From: Patescibacteria group bacterium
Lineage (GTDB): Bacteria; Patescibacteriota; UBA1384; CAJBMM01
DNA length: 64,000 nt
Direction: 5' to 3'
Assembly (NCBI GenBank): GCA_041660565.1
Contig: JBAZWC010000002.1
Span: forward strand, 287,484-351,483
Shown here: positions 19,705 to 31,441 of the stretch, one piece after another
Layout of the letters: each line of letters begins with the position of its first letter
Numbering within the stretch: position 1 is the stretch's first letter
Position numbers and translations under genes: made by a program
Notes under the pieces: generated by a model
What the model was told of the DNA's origin: nothing
The model's input: only the letters and a program-made list of their open reading frames with translations
Databases searched by the model: none

Positions 19705-19741
19705 GTGATAATCGCGCCCCATTGTCAGTTGCTATACCCAG

Positions 19742-19879
19742 TCACCATAGCTTGTTGTTGACGGTCACCTGTTGGGCTGGCAACTTCCGGCTTCGCACTT
19801 CATGGAACAGGCCGAGCAATAGGAATGCGCAAACGAATAGTACAAATACGATGTCACGCCACCGTGTATCTTTGTTCAT
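19742..19879 (-). CDS. 45-aa single-TM small protein (GC-rich islet 3; below the ORF-track cutoff)
   Basis: MNKDTRWRDIVFVLFVCAFLLLGLFHEVRSRKLPAQQVTVNNKLW; GGGAG SD; TATAAT upstream; terminator downstream. Confidence 0.6.
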   Translation of the reverse strand: MNKDTRWRDIVFVLFVCAFLLLGLFHEVRSRKLPAQQVTVNNKLW

Positions 19880-19931
19880 CTGACGTCTCCCGTTGCTAGA
19901 ATGTGTCAGCATGTGCTATATTATAATGACT

Positions 19932-20801
19932 ATGAAACAAAAAGTCAAACAAATTATCGTGCTCGCGGGGCCAACTGCTAGTGGTAAAACCGATCTGGCT
20001 GCTGATTTGATCAAAAAATATCCGCTCGAAATAATTTCGGCTGATTCGCGACAGGTTTATCGTGGGCTGGATATTGGTAGTGGCAAAGATAAAACCGTGC
20101 CACAGTTCTTAATTGATGTGGTTAATCCGGAGAACGGATTTACTGTGGCGGATTTCAAGAAACTAGCCGAAGAAAAAATTGAACAAATCTGGCAAAGAGG
20201 GAACACGCCCCTAATTGTCGGCGGCACCGGCTTTTACATTGAGGCATTGATGTTTGATCAAACCACAAACCAAACGCCGCCAAATAAGTCGATCAGACAA
20301 AAACTCGAGCCGCTTTCCGGTGCAGAGCTATTAGAAATAATCGCGCGAGTTGACGCGATGACCGCTAGCAAAATCGATGTCAATAATCGCCGACGTTTAA
20401 TTCGCGCAGCGGAAATTATCTCGGCAACAAAAAAGCCGATTGCCCCGGTTTCGCATCAGTTGCGCACCGACGCTCGGGTTAGCTGCTTCGTGCTTGATGT
20501 ACCGCGTGAGGAGCTGTATAAGAGAATCGATAAACGAGTAGATGATCGGTTGAAGATCGGAATGATCGAAGAAGTTGAGCATTTAATCTTGGCCGGAGTC
20601 TCAAAAGAGTGGTTAGTTTCACTCGGGCTTGAATATCGCGCCATCACTCGATTCCTATCAGGTGAGGTTGGGCGCGACGAAATGGTGAAACAGTTAAAAT
20701 ATGACACGCACGCCTTTGCCAGACGGCAAATATCATATTTTAAGAGATGGAAATTCGCCGAAGCACTAAGCAAAAAAAGAATTTTAAATTTTAAATTTTA
20801 A
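19932..20801 (+). CDS. miaA: tRNA dimethylallyltransferase
   Basis: GPTASGKT, SADSRQVYRGLDIG, VGGTGFY, FARRQ. Confidence 0.97.
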   Translation: MKQKVKQIIVLAGPTASGKTDLAADLIKKYPLEIISADSRQVYRGLDIGSGKDKTVPQFLIDVVNPENGFTVADFKKLAEEKIEQIWQRGNTPLIVGGTGFYIEALMFDQTTNQTPPNKSIRQKLEPLSGAELLEIIARVDAMTASKIDVNNRRRLIRAAEIISATKKPIAPVSHQLRTDARVSCFVLDVPREELYKRIDKRVDDRLKIGMIEEVEHLILAGVSKEWLVSLGLEYRAITRFLSGEVGRDEMVKQLKYDTHAFARRQISYFKRWKFAEALSKKRILNFKF

Positions 20802-20829
20802 ATTTTCAAAACTTGGAATTTAATTAATC

Positions 20830-21420
20830 TTATGGTTTCACGCCGTAAACATTGATTGCTTGCTCGTAAATATCGTCAGCAACCTCATCAAAATTTAAGC
20901 TCTCGGTATGATACATAATTTTGGGCAAGGTGCTGTCGTGATAAAGCGCCAACAGTTTATATTGATACATTTTATACCACTCCACGGCGTTGTCCTCGCT
21001 TTGCCCGCGTCGTTTTAGCTCTTCTTGCCACTTGGTTTCATGAAGCGCTTTAGAGTACAGTAAGCGTTGCTTAATTATATCTTCGGGTACTTGCAATAGC
21101 ACTAGCATTGGATTGTATTCGCGAATTACTTTTTCAATTTCAACCAAGTCGGCCGGTGATCCGTTAGTAATATTTAGGTGATAAAGATGGAATCGGCAAC
21201 AAATGGTCACTTTTTTATCAGACGAGCACTCTTTTTTTAAGAACGCGGTAAGTTGCGCGATACTGTTTTTCGGATCAGGGTGCGTGTAGGTTTCAGGTGA
21301 AATCCTTTTTGACTCGTCAAAAACTTCGCATGATACGCCCCGACTTTTGAATTTTTCACCAAGAACTTTAATTACATCAGTCTTGCCACTGGTTGGTATG
21401 CCTTCAAGAATAATAATCAT
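20830..21420 (-). CDS. P-loop nucleoside monophosphate kinase-like protein (thymidylate/deoxynucleoside kinase fold)
   Basis: N-terminal IIILEGIPTSGKT Walker A; CRF at the DR position. Confidence 0.6.
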   Translation of the reverse strand: MIIILEGIPTSGKTDVIKVLGEKFKSRGVSCEVFDESKRISPETYTHPDPKNSIAQLTAFLKKECSSDKKVTICCRFHLYHLNITNGSPADLVEIEKVIREYNPMLVLLQVPEDIIKQRLLYSKALHETKWQEELKRRGQSEDNAVEWYKMYQYKLLALYHDSTLPKIMYHTESLNFDEVADDIYEQAINVYGVKP

Positions 21421-21469
21421 ATGCTTTCTCCTAATCCAAGCATATCAAATTTTTGTGTCATCAACTAAA

Positions 21470-21913
21470 TTATTTCGTTAGATTGTCGCTTTGGTGAGTT
21501 CGAGTAGAGTGGTGGCGATGGCGTTTGACTACATTAATGCGGTTTAAGTTGCGCTCTAATAATGCGGCGGCGTGAGCAAATTCAACATCGTTTTTAGCCT
21601 TGTCTTGCAAAGAGGTGGCTGCTTTAACAGCGGCCTCGGCGGCGGCCAGATCAATTGAATCAACGTGCTCGGCGCGATCCGCCATAACTGTGACGGTTTT
21701 GTCGGTAATTTCGGCCACACCGCCAAAAACAGAGAAATGATTGGTTTTGTTGCTGGAATGAGTGGTAATTTCGCCGGTTTTAATCATTGTAATTAAATTA
21801 ACGTGATTTGGTAGCACGCCAATTTCACCGAGTGTGGTCGGTAATAATACTTCGTCAACTTCGAACTCATCAACGACGCGGTCTTGGCTAATTAGGGAGA
21901 AGGTGATGGACAT
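21470..21913 (-). CDS. atpC: ATP synthase F1 epsilon
   Basis: GEIGVLPNH, GGVAEI; operon position. Confidence 0.95.
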   Translation of the reverse strand: MSITFSLISQDRVVDEFEVDEVLLPTTLGEIGVLPNHVNLITMIKTGEITTHSSNKTNHFSVFGGVAEITDKTVTVMADRAEHVDSIDLAAAEAAVKAATSLQDKAKNDVEFAHAAALLERNLNRINVVKRHRHHSTRTHQSDNLTK

Positions 21914-21960
21914 TGGGTCCTTAATTTACAATTTGAAATAGTGGGAGATCTTTCATAGAC

Positions 21961-21986
21961 TGGATTCCCGCCTTCGCGGGAATGAC
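21961..21986. repeat. Family G palindrome GGATTCCCGCCTTCGCGGGAATGAC
   Basis: ATTCCC-N8-GGGAAT inside the atp operon; interrupted copy at 30415. Confidence 0.8.
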
Positions 21987-21995
21987 TACCACTGA

Positions 21996-23381
<1,386 letters not shown>

Positions 23382-24263
23382 TTACTGCTCAAGGGCGGTG
23401 ATACTTGAGGAAATCTCCGCCATTTCGGCTGTAATTGCTGTTTGTCTTTCGCTGTTAAATGTTAGTTGTAAGTCGTTTGATAAATCTTCGGCGTTATCGG
23501 TAGCTGATCTCATTGCAATCATGCGCGCAGAATGTTCTGAAGCGGCTGACTCAAGCATCATTTCAAAAAATAATTGATCTACTAATTTTGGTAAAAGCCC
23601 TTTGAGCAACTCAGAAACGCTTGGCTCAAACATTGCCTCGGCGTCTGCAATTTGTTGGTCTTTGTTGGCTGTTTCGCGCGCTGATTCCGGGTGAACAAAC
23701 AATGGCAAAAGCTGAGTTACGGTTGGAACTTGAACTAACGTTGATTGAAAATGACTGTAAACCACGTTAACCAGGTCGTATTTCTTAGCTAAAAAGTTTG
23801 TGGTGGCAAACAAAGAAATTGGTCGGCAAAACTCAAATGGTACATTTGCTGGTACATCGATAAAAGTGGCAGCGATGGGAAATTTGTACTTAGCCAAAAG
23901 CGAGTTGCCCTTTTTGCCTATTACCACTAAATCCGTGTCGTGACCGGCTTCTTTAATTTGGGTTAGCGCTTTTTTAATCACCTGCGCGTTGATGCCGCCA
24001 GCTAAGCCACCGTCGGAAGTGATAATGATCAGCAATTCATTTTTAATTGGCCGAATGTCTAGTAAAGGATGATGAAATTCCAAATTTTGTTGCTGCAAGC
24101 GGTCAATTAACGCCGAGATACGGGTAGCGTATGGTCTTGCCCCCACAACGGCCTGGCTAGCCTTATGCATTTTTGCAGCCGACACTAATTCCATCGCTTT
24201 GGTAATTTGTTTGATATTACCAACCGATCGAAGTCGTCTTTTAATTACTAAACTGTTGCTCAC
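23382..24263 (-). CDS. atpG: ATP synthase F1 gamma
   Basis: [32 protein letters not shown]. Confidence 0.97.
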   Translation of the reverse strand: MSNSLVIKRRLRSVGNIKQITKAMELVSAAKMHKASQAVVGARPYATRISALIDRLQQQNLEFHHPLLDIRPIKNELLIIITSDGGLAGGINAQVIKKALTQIKEAGHDTDLVVIGKKGNSLLAKYKFPIAATFIDVPANVPFEFCRPISLFATTNFLAKKYDLVNVVYSHFQSTLVQVPTVTQLLPLFVHPESARETANKDQQIADAEAMFEPSVSELLKGLLPKLVDQLFFEMMLESAASEHSARMIAMRSATDNAEDLSNDLQLTFNSERQTAITAEMAEISSSITALEQ

Positions 24264-25747
24264 GCCGTTGCTTCCTTAAATGCCTTAGTAATGGTTTCTT
24301 CGTCCGATTTTTCTATCGTATCTTTTGTGGTCAATTCGGCTAATAATTTTGCATAGCCAGATTTTAATCCAGTCAAAAACTGCTTAGTGGTTTTGGCGAC
24401 ATCATCTATATCTACACCGTCGTAAAGTCCGTTGGTAACCGCCCAAACCAACGCAATCTGCTCGCCGACCGGTAGGGGAGAATATTGTGGCTGTTTCAGG
24501 ATTTCAGTAATTCTGGCACCGCGGTCGAGCTGGCTCTTGGTGGCATCGTCTAAGTCTGAACTAAATTGGGCAAAAGCGGCTAATCCACGATATTGTGCCA
24601 AGTCTAAGCGCAATTTTCCGGCCACTTTTTTCATATTTTTAATTTGAGCGTCACTTCCAACGCGTGAAACCGATAATCCAACGTTTAATGCCGGTCTGAT
24701 TCCTTGATAGAATAGATCAGATTCAAGATAAATTTGTCCGTCGGTGATAGAAATAACGTTGGTTGGAATGTAGGCCGAGACATCGCCAGATTGAGTTTCG
24801 ATAATCGGTAGGGCAGTAATTGATCCGCCGCCGGCTTCTTTATTTAAGTTAGCGCTGCGTTCGAGTAATCTGGAGTGCAGATAAAAAACATCACCCGGAT
24901 AAGCTTCGCGACCCGGTGGGCGACGGAGCAATAGCGAGATTTGACGATACGACCAGGCGTGCTTGGATAGATCATCATAAACTACTAGCACGTCTTGTCC
25001 TTTAGCCATGAAATATTCGGCGATAGCGCAACCGGCGTACGGAGAGAGAAAGACTAATGATGCTGGGTCTGAAGCTCCTGCCACTACCACAATGGTATGT
25101 TTTAGCGCGTTCATTTCTTCAAGTTTGGCTACAATTCTGGCGGTTTTGGACTTTTTTTGACCGATAGCAACGTAAATACAGATGACGTCGGTATCGCGCT
25201 GGTTAATGATGGTGTCGATGGCGATGGCAGTTTTACCGGTTTGGCGATCTCCAATAATCAGTTCGCGCTGACCACGGCCAATTGGAATCATCGAATCGAT
25301 GGCAATGATACCGGTTTGAATTGGCTTGTTGACCTTCTGCCTGGTAATGACGCCCGGCGCCACTTTTTCAACCGGCATCATAGTAGTTTTTTTGAACGCG
25401 CCTTTGCCGTCAATTGGTTCACCGAGTGGGTTAACCACGCGCCCGATCATCTCTTCAGATGCAGGGACGCTCATAACCTGTCCGGTGCGCTTAACGCTGT
25501 CACCGGCTTTAACCTTAGTGGTATCACCTAAAATGGCAGCTCCAACCCGAGTTTCTTCTAAGTTTAACACTAAACCAACCAAATCATCGTTAAAGGTAAC
25601 GAGCTCGCCAGACATCACCGAAGATAGGCCAGAGATAGTGGCAATTTCATCAGCCACACTCAGAACAATCCCGGATTGTCTTTGCTCCGGCGTGTATTCA
25701 ATATCGGCAAGTTGTTTTTTTAGTTGATCGATAAGGGTTTCGCTCAT
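24260..25747 (-). CDS. atpA: ATP synthase F1 alpha
   Basis: [23 protein letters not shown]. Confidence 0.99.
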   Translation of the reverse strand: MSETLIDQLKKQLADIEYTPEQRQSGIVLSVADEIATISGLSSVMSGELVTFNDDLVGLVLNLEETRVGAAILGDTTKVKAGDSVKRTGQVMSVPASEEMIGRVVNPLGEPIDGKGAFKKTTMMPVEKVAPGVITRQKVNKPIQTGIIAIDSMIPIGRGQRELIIGDRQTGKTAIAIDTIINQRDTDVICIYVAIGQKKSKTARIVAKLEEMNALKHTIVVVAGASDPASLVFLSPYAGCAIAEYFMAKGQDVLVVYDDLSKHAWSYRQISLLLRRPPGREAYPGDVFYLHSRLLERSANLNKEAGGGSITALPIIETQSGDVSAYIPTNVISITDGQIYLESDLFYQGIRPALNVGLSVSRVGSDAQIKNMKKVAGKLRLDLAQYRGLAAFAQFSSDLDDATKSQLDRGARITEILKQPQYSPLPVGEQIALVWAVTNGLYDGVDIDDVAKTTKQFLTGLKSGYAKLLAELTTKDTIEKSDEETITKAFKEATA

Positions 25748-25758
25748 GTCGTTCCTTT

Positions 25759-26244
25759 TTATTCAGATGTGTTTAGGGCTAAACTAATTTGTCTTAACTG
25801 TTGTCTTAGGCTATTCTCATAGGTCTGGTCGGAAACAGTCAGTCGCACGCCGGCCAGTAGGTTTGAATCTAACCGAGAAATTATGATGCTGTTGCTCCCA
25901 AACTGTTTTTTGATCTCGGTTTCATCCACTTGTGTCTTAGCATAATCGATCTTGATAATCGGAATGCCAAGACGTCGTAACTGTCGCTCAAAAGCGGATA
26001 ATACTTTGGGGATTATTTTAATACTGCGATCTCGGTGTAAAATTAAAACCAAATTGGTGAGCGGTTTCACCGTGCCTTGGGTAGAAAGCAATGATTTTAG
26101 CTGGCTTGTGGTTAAATTGCTTAATTTTGATGGGCACTCGGTGGCAATTTCGGCTAAGTCTAATAAAACTTGATAACATCGTCCGTAATCGGATGATTCA
26201 ACCTGATCTAGCAACGCTGTTGCAGCTAGCGCGTGATTAATCAT
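25759..26244 (-). CDS. atpH: ATP synthase F1 delta (divergent)
   Basis: Position between atpF and atpA; C-terminal [25 protein letters not shown]. Confidence 0.85.
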   Translation of the reverse strand: MINHALAATALLDQVESSDYGRCYQVLLDLAEIATECPSKLSNLTTSQLKSLLSTQGTVKPLTNLVLILHRDRSIKIIPKVLSAFERQLRRLGIPIIKIDYAKTQVDETEIKKQFGSNSIIISRLDSNLLAGVRLTVSDQTYENSLRQQLRQISLALNTSE

Positions 26245-26746
26245 CGTTTTTCTTCCCCACGGCCTTCAAAGTGGTCTCGATGTATTTTTGCTCAATACTG
26301 GTTGGCATTTTTTCTAGCAAAATCGATTTAACAGCTAGCATCACTAAGTCAGCAGCTTCAGACTGAATCTGCTTTTTTATTTCAGAGGCTTGCTGAGACA
26401 ACTTAGCCTCGGTTTGGCTGATCATTTTTGCCGATTGTTCCTTGGCTAAATCCAAAATCTCTAATTGACGTGATTTGGCTTGATTCTCAGCTTTTGCAAT
26501 TAACTGTTCTGCATCAATACGAGCTTGGTGCAAGATTTTTTGCTGCTCGTCAGTAGTCTCGGCCAGCTTTTTCTCGATTGTCTCGGCATTTTTTAAGCTT
26601 TCGTCGATCTTATTTTTGCGCTCATCCATCACCTGTAACAATGGCTTGTACACAATTTTATTTAACAAAAATAACAAGATCACAAAGTTTATCGTGCTTG
26701 CGACCAATAGTTTCCAATCAACTCCAAAAGAATTAAGAATTTCCAT
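26237..26746 (-). CDS. atpF: ATP synthase F0 b
   Basis: INFVILLFLLNKIVYKPL..MDER..KI; coiled coil. Confidence 0.95.
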   Translation of the reverse strand: MEILNSFGVDWKLLVASTINFVILLFLLNKIVYKPLLQVMDERKNKIDESLKNAETIEKKLAETTDEQQKILHQARIDAEQLIAKAENQAKSRQLEILDLAKEQSAKMISQTEAKLSQQASEIKKQIQSEAADLVMLAVKSILLEKMPTSIEQKYIETTLKAVGKKNDD

Positions 26747-26767
26747 ATTTATCCGATTCTTTTATAT

Positions 26768-26989
<222 letters not shown>

Positions 26990-27766
26990 TTAATGCGCGT
27001 CGTGTTCGACGGGCTGGCTGATAATACTAAAGAAAACAAGGGTTAATAACGCAAAAACGGTCGCCTGGACTAACCCGACGATCGTTTCGAGCATTAAAAA
27101 TGGTACCGGAGCAATGTACCCGGCCATACCGGTAATAGTGCTAATTACTACATCTCCGGCATAAACGTTACCAAACAGTCGAAACGATAACGAGATTATC
27201 TTAACAAATTCTGATACAACTTCCAAGAACCCCACAAAACCGCCAATGGCGATCCCAAGTAGAATAAAGGCGATTCCGCCCTGCAGAGGGTTATGAAAAT
27301 ATCGTTTAACATAGCCGTATATGCCGTTGAATCGGATGCCGTAGTACTGGGTTAATATCACGGTAATTAAAGCGAGTGCCAGCGTTGTATTTAGATCAGA
27401 TGCGGCCGAGCGAAAAAGCGGTACGAACACGGTTCCATGCGCGGAGTGTTCATATATCCCGATGGCATTTAAACCGGGAATCAGACCAAACCAGTTTGCG
27501 CATAAAATAAACAAAAAAAGTGTGGCGATAATCGGGAAAAAAACACGAGCCCGATCTGCCGCCACCGATTTTACCAAGTCATAAAGCGTTTCTAAAATAT
27601 ATTCCATAAAATTTTGCAGTTTGCCGGGGTGCAATTTGATGTGCCTAGTAGCTAACAATCCCAAAATAATCAAAGTTGACATTACCAACCAAGACATCAG
27701 CAGTGAGTTGGTAATAAAAAAATGTCCAATGTGGACGACATTTTCTGGCTTTAATGGGACTTCCAC
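26990..27766 (-). CDS. atpB: ATP synthase F0 a
   Basis: SLSFRLFGN, VQATVFALLT. Confidence 0.97.
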   Translation of the reverse strand: MEVPLKPENVVHIGHFFITNSLLMSWLVMSTLIILGLLATRHIKLHPGKLQNFMEYILETLYDLVKSVAADRARVFFPIIATLFLFILCANWFGLIPGLNAIGIYEHSAHGTVFVPLFRSAASDLNTTLALALITVILTQYYGIRFNGIYGYVKRYFHNPLQGGIAFILLGIAIGGFVGFLEVVSEFVKIISLSFRLFGNVYAGDVVISTITGMAGYIAPVPFLMLETIVGLVQATVFALLTLVFFSIISQPVEHDAH

Positions 27767-27923
27767 GATAATCCTTATGTAAATTATATTAAATATTTGT
27801 CAATGACATTCTAGCATTACGAAGGGGTTTTTGGCAAGAACAGGCAAATATTTGATAATTATGCTTCGTATTTATTGACGCCCAGCGGTGCTAGTCTATA
27901 CTAAACCTATAGAGGGGATTCGT

Positions 27924-28724
27924 ATGACTGTCATACAGCTGTACTGGCTTAGCTTAAGTGTCTTAGTAGCCGTGATTGTTGCGGTGATTTGGGTTTCTGC
28001 ATCAAAACGACGATCTATGAAACGAAGCGTAGAAGCGCATAAAACCGAATTTTTTTCACTCGTTGCGCACTATTTTATGACTCCGCTATCCATTATCCGC
28101 GGAAATGTATCCGAGCTAATTGACCCATCGTCAGCCAGCCTGTCGAAATCACAGCTAATAACATATTATCTGAACATCCAAGTATCGGCTGCCCGTTTGA
28201 TCATGTTAGTTCAAAACATTATGACGGTATCGGAAATTGATCAGCAGACCATCTCGCTTAATCCGACTGCGGTTAATCTAATGGATGTAATAGATAAATG
28301 TATTACCGAGGTGCACTCAGAGGCGATGCAGCGAGGAGTAAACATTAGATTTGATCGTACCCTAGAAGAATCGGCAAGTCAGGTTACTATTGATCCGGAA
28401 AAATTCCGACAGGCTTTAATTAATATTCTGCATAACTCGGTAAAATTCACGCGGCCGGGTGGTAATATTCAAGTTACGCTCAAAACTAGCTCAAATTCCT
28501 TTGAAATACAGGTTGCTGATTCCGGTATTGGCATTTCCAAAGATGAAATGACTAAACTGTTTACCCGGTTTCACCGTGGCACCAGCTATTTGAATTTGGA
28601 TTATGAGGGCGTTGGGCTGGGATTATATATTGCCAAATATCTGATTGAACTTAACCGCGGGCAAATTAGGGTAGATAGTGAACTAGACAAAGGCACTGTG
28701 GTAACAATAAATTTGATTAAATAA
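27924..28724 (+). CDS. Membrane-anchored sensor histidine kinase (HisKA + HATPase)
   Basis: NILHNSVKFT, DSGIGI, GVGLGLYI; atypical H-box AHYFMTPL. Confidence 0.88.
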   Translation: MTVIQLYWLSLSVLVAVIVAVIWVSASKRRSMKRSVEAHKTEFFSLVAHYFMTPLSIIRGNVSELIDPSSASLSKSQLITYYLNIQVSAARLIMLVQNIMTVSEIDQQTISLNPTAVNLMDVIDKCITEVHSEAMQRGVNIRFDRTLEESASQVTIDPEKFRQALINILHNSVKFTRPGGNIQVTLKTSSNSFEIQVADSGIGISKDEMTKLFTRFHRGTSYLNLDYEGVGLGLYIAKYLIELNRGQIRVDSELDKGTVVTINLIK

Positions 28725-28749
28725 TATTCAAATGTGATATAGTTGAGCT

Positions 28750-30288
28750 ATGGCGATATCACGCGTAAATTCGGTGGTAATTCAGGGGCTAGATGGTATC
28801 AGCATCATCGTCGAAGTTGATCTTGGCTTAGGTCTGCCTAAATTTAGCATTGTCGGTTTGCCCGATAAAGCGGTAGATGAAGCAAAAGAACGTACTAAAT
28901 CTGCACTCAAAAATTCAAACATCCCATTTCCGCAACATTTGGTGACGGTTAATTTGGCGCCAGCCGATGTTAAGAAGTCCGGTACCGGTTACGATCTGCC
29001 GATTGCTTTGGGGATCGCCGTAGGATTAGAACAAGTGGAGCAATCCGCACTAGAAAACGCTGGGTTTATCGGTGAATTGTCTTTAAGTGGTGATATTAAG
29101 CCGGTTTCGGGCATTTTGCCGGCCACCATGCATGTGCGTGACTTGGGTTGGAAATCGCTTTATGTGCCTTCTGCAAACGGGGCAGAGGCGGCCATTATTG
29201 ATGGTATTGATATTTATCCGGTGGAAAGTCTACGGCAATTAATTTTACATTTGCGCGGTGAAAAGCTAATCAAACCACTACCCCAAACCGAGTGGCAAGG
29301 GCAAGTGGACAAAGCAGTTTATACCGATATGTCATCCATTCGCGGGCAAAATCAGGCCAAGCGATCATTAGAAATTGCTGCGTCTGGTGGTCATAACGTG
29401 TTGATGAGCGGGCCTCCGGGAAGTGGCAAAACCATGCTGGCCAAAGCGTTTGCTGGCATTTTGCCTACCATGACTAAAAACGAAGTGTTTGAAGTGACCA
29501 AAATTTACAGTGTGGCTGGTTTGCTAACCGCCGACGAGCCGATTATGTTACGCCGACCTTTTCGTTCCCCGCACCACACCAGTAGCACTATTTCTTTGAT
29601 TGGCGGAGGGCAATGGCCCAAGCCGGGGGAGATAAGCCTTGCCCATCGAGGTGTGCTGTTTTTAGATGAATTTCCCGAGTTTCCCAGAAGTGCTTTGGAA
29701 AGTTTGCGCCAGCCACTGGAAGATGGCACCGTTTCGATATCTCGAGCTAACGGCTCGGTGCATTTTCCGGCTAAGTTTATTTTGTTGGCAACTCAAAATC
29801 CTTGCCCGTGTGGTTATTTGCACGACACCATCAAGCGTTGCCGTTGCTCGCAAACCGAGATAAAGCGTTATCACCAACGCTTGTCTGGCCCGCTTTTGGA
29901 TCGCATTGACTTGCATATTACCGTGCCACGAGTTGAAGTGGATGATTTAAGTAATGCCGGCAACGGAGAGACGACCGAAAGTATCCGTCTGCGCGTTGAA
30001 AAAGCGCGTAAAATTCAGTCGGTGCGTTTTGAAGGCACAAAGATAGTCTCGAACGCGGAAATGGGAGTTAAAATGATCGATCAGTTTTGTGTGCTCGATG
30101 TAGCGTCTCGAAATTTATTAAACAAGGCGGTGGAAAGGTACGGTTTATCGGCTCGGTCATATCATCGTATCATTAAGGTTGCCAGAACCATTGCTGATCT
30201 GTCTGGAGAGGAAAACATCCAACAAAACCACATTGCTGAAAGTCTGCAATTTAGAGAAAGCTCTCAGGATGAGGAAAATATTAGATAA
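28750..30288 (+). CDS. comM: YifB/ComM Mg-chelatase-like AAA ATPase
   Basis: VGLPD, YDLPIA, GPPGSGKTMLA, RSPHHT, NPCPCG, SGPLLDRID. Confidence 0.95.
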   Translation: MAISRVNSVVIQGLDGISIIVEVDLGLGLPKFSIVGLPDKAVDEAKERTKSALKNSNIPFPQHLVTVNLAPADVKKSGTGYDLPIALGIAVGLEQVEQSALENAGFIGELSLSGDIKPVSGILPATMHVRDLGWKSLYVPSANGAEAAIIDGIDIYPVESLRQLILHLRGEKLIKPLPQTEWQGQVDKAVYTDMSSIRGQNQAKRSLEIAASGGHNVLMSGPPGSGKTMLAKAFAGILPTMTKNEVFEVTKIYSVAGLLTADEPIMLRRPFRSPHHTSSTISLIGGGQWPKPGEISLAHRGVLFLDEFPEFPRSALESLRQPLEDGTVSISRANGSVHFPAKFILLATQNPCPCGYLHDTIKRCRCSQTEIKRYHQRLSGPLLDRIDLHITVPRVEVDDLSNAGNGETTESIRLRVEKARKIQSVRFEGTKIVSNAEMGVKMIDQFCVLDVASRNLLNKAVERYGLSARSYHRIIKVARTIADLSGEENIQQNHIAESLQFRESSQDEENIR

Positions 30289-30485
30289 ATTTTTAATTTT
30301 TAATTTTTAATTTCAAATGAAAGGTTGCCAATTTTAAATGACTAAATAAAGAACCATTTAAAATTTAATCATTCGGTACTTATTCATTTAAAATTTGGGC
30401 GATATATTATAGACTGGATTCCCGCTCTTCGAGCCTGAGCCTGAGGGCTTATCCCTCAGAGTCGAATGACCTGCGCGGGAATGAC
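30287..30485. repeat. AT-rich heptamer arrays plus a family G palindrome carrying a nested ttcga..ctgag..tcgaa insert
   Basis: ggattcccg[~43 nt insert]cctgcgcgggaatgac at 30415-30485. Confidence 0.7.
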
Positions 30486-30492
30486 AGATCGT

Positions 30493-30804
30493 CTAGTTAT
30501 TTATATGTAAAAACTGGCTAAAGCTGTTGCTAAAGTGCTGCAAATAGTCAGTTTTTGCGTTTACTATGACCGTGGCCACTAAAATAATTATTAATAAGCC
30601 AAATACAAAACCAACTCGGCGTAGCTCTTTAACTACTAACGTAGATGAGTGGCTAAGCGAAGATTCTGGCTCAACAACGGGTTTTGCAGCGATTGTAACT
30701 GTTTCGGATACGGTTGGAATTTGATCGGGTTGGCTAATAGGAATGGTGGAAACTGGGGCCGAAACTGTTTTTTTGAAAAACTTTTTCTTATGTTTTTTTG
30801 ACAT
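30493..30804 (-). CDS. Hypothetical membrane protein
   Basis: GGAGG SD, basic N-terminus, one TM helix. Confidence 0.7.
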   Translation of the reverse strand: MSKKHKKKFFKKTVSAPVSTIPISQPDQIPTVSETVTIAAKPVVEPESSLSHSSTLVVKELRRVGFVFGLLIIILVATVIVNAKTDYLQHFSNSFSQFLHINN

Positions 30805-30902
30805 TTATTGCCTCCGGTTATTCTCGCCTCGATCATATCGCTTTTTCCACCTTTTACACAAGAGGGGGTTTTGTGTTATAATCGGATACATACGAGCGAA
30901 AT

Positions 30903-30977
30903 GCGAGAGTAGTTCAGTGGTAGAACGCTTCCTTGCCAAGGAAGAGGCCGGGGGTTCAAGTCCCCTCTCTCGCTCCA
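30903..30977 (+). tRNA. tRNA-Gly(GCC)
   Basis: gcgagag/ctctcgc acceptor; cttcc-ttgccaa-ggaag; TCCA end. Confidence 0.96.
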
Positions 30978-30987
30978 ATATTCTTTT

Positions 30988-31061
30988 GGTCTGGTGGCCG
31001 AGCAGCTAGGCAGCGGTCTGCAAAACCGCGTACAGCAGTGCAACTCTGCTCCAGACCTCCA
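30988..31061 (+). tRNA. tRNA-Cys(GCA)
   Basis: ggtctgg/ccagacc acceptor; gcggt-ctgcaaa-accgc; U73 then CCA; atypical D and T loops. Confidence 0.92.
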
Positions 31062-31069
31062 CAAGACAA

Positions 31070-31190
31070 AATTCGAAATCCGAAGCACCAAGCACGAAAT
31101 AAATAATAAATACAAAATAAAAAAGGTTTCTAACATTTGAATTTGAAATTTGGGATTTGTTTCGAATTTCGGATTTAGTGCTTCGAATTT
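31070..31190. repeat. Inverted heptamer arrays (CGAAATC/CGAAGCA type)
   Basis: ttcgaaatccgaagcaccaagcacgaaat ... tttcgaatttcggatttagtgcttcgaa; relative at 47984-48023. Confidence 0.75.
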
Positions 31191-31203
31191 GCAAAGGATA
31201 TTT

Positions 31204-31431
31204 ATGGCTGATAATACAGGGATGATGATTGCTCAGGTTGTTGTGTCATTGTTGTTAGTTGCAACGGTGTTGCTGCAGCAACGGGGGACAGGACTTGGTG
31301 GAGCATTTGGTGGTGAAGGTAACGTGTATCGATCAAGACGCGGCACCGAACGATTTTTATTTGGTTCGACGATTGTTTTAGGCGTGGCTTTTGTGGCTTT
31401 AGCTGGAATATCCGTTTTCCTCGCCAGATAA
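31204..31431 (+). CDS. secG: Preprotein translocase subunit SecG
   Basis: VLLQQRGTGLGGAFGG...RRGTE..LF..T. Confidence 0.93.
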   Translation: MADNTGMMIAQVVVSLLLVATVLLQQRGTGLGGAFGGEGNVYRSRRGTERFLFGSTIVLGVAFVALAGISVFLAR

Positions 31432-31441
31432 ATAGGTAATT

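Noticed and set aside
19742-19744. Genetic code 25 (TGA = Gly)
   Set aside because: Conserved genes (metG, folD, atpA, lysS, secA) end at TGA at the expected lengths and none shows internal TGA.
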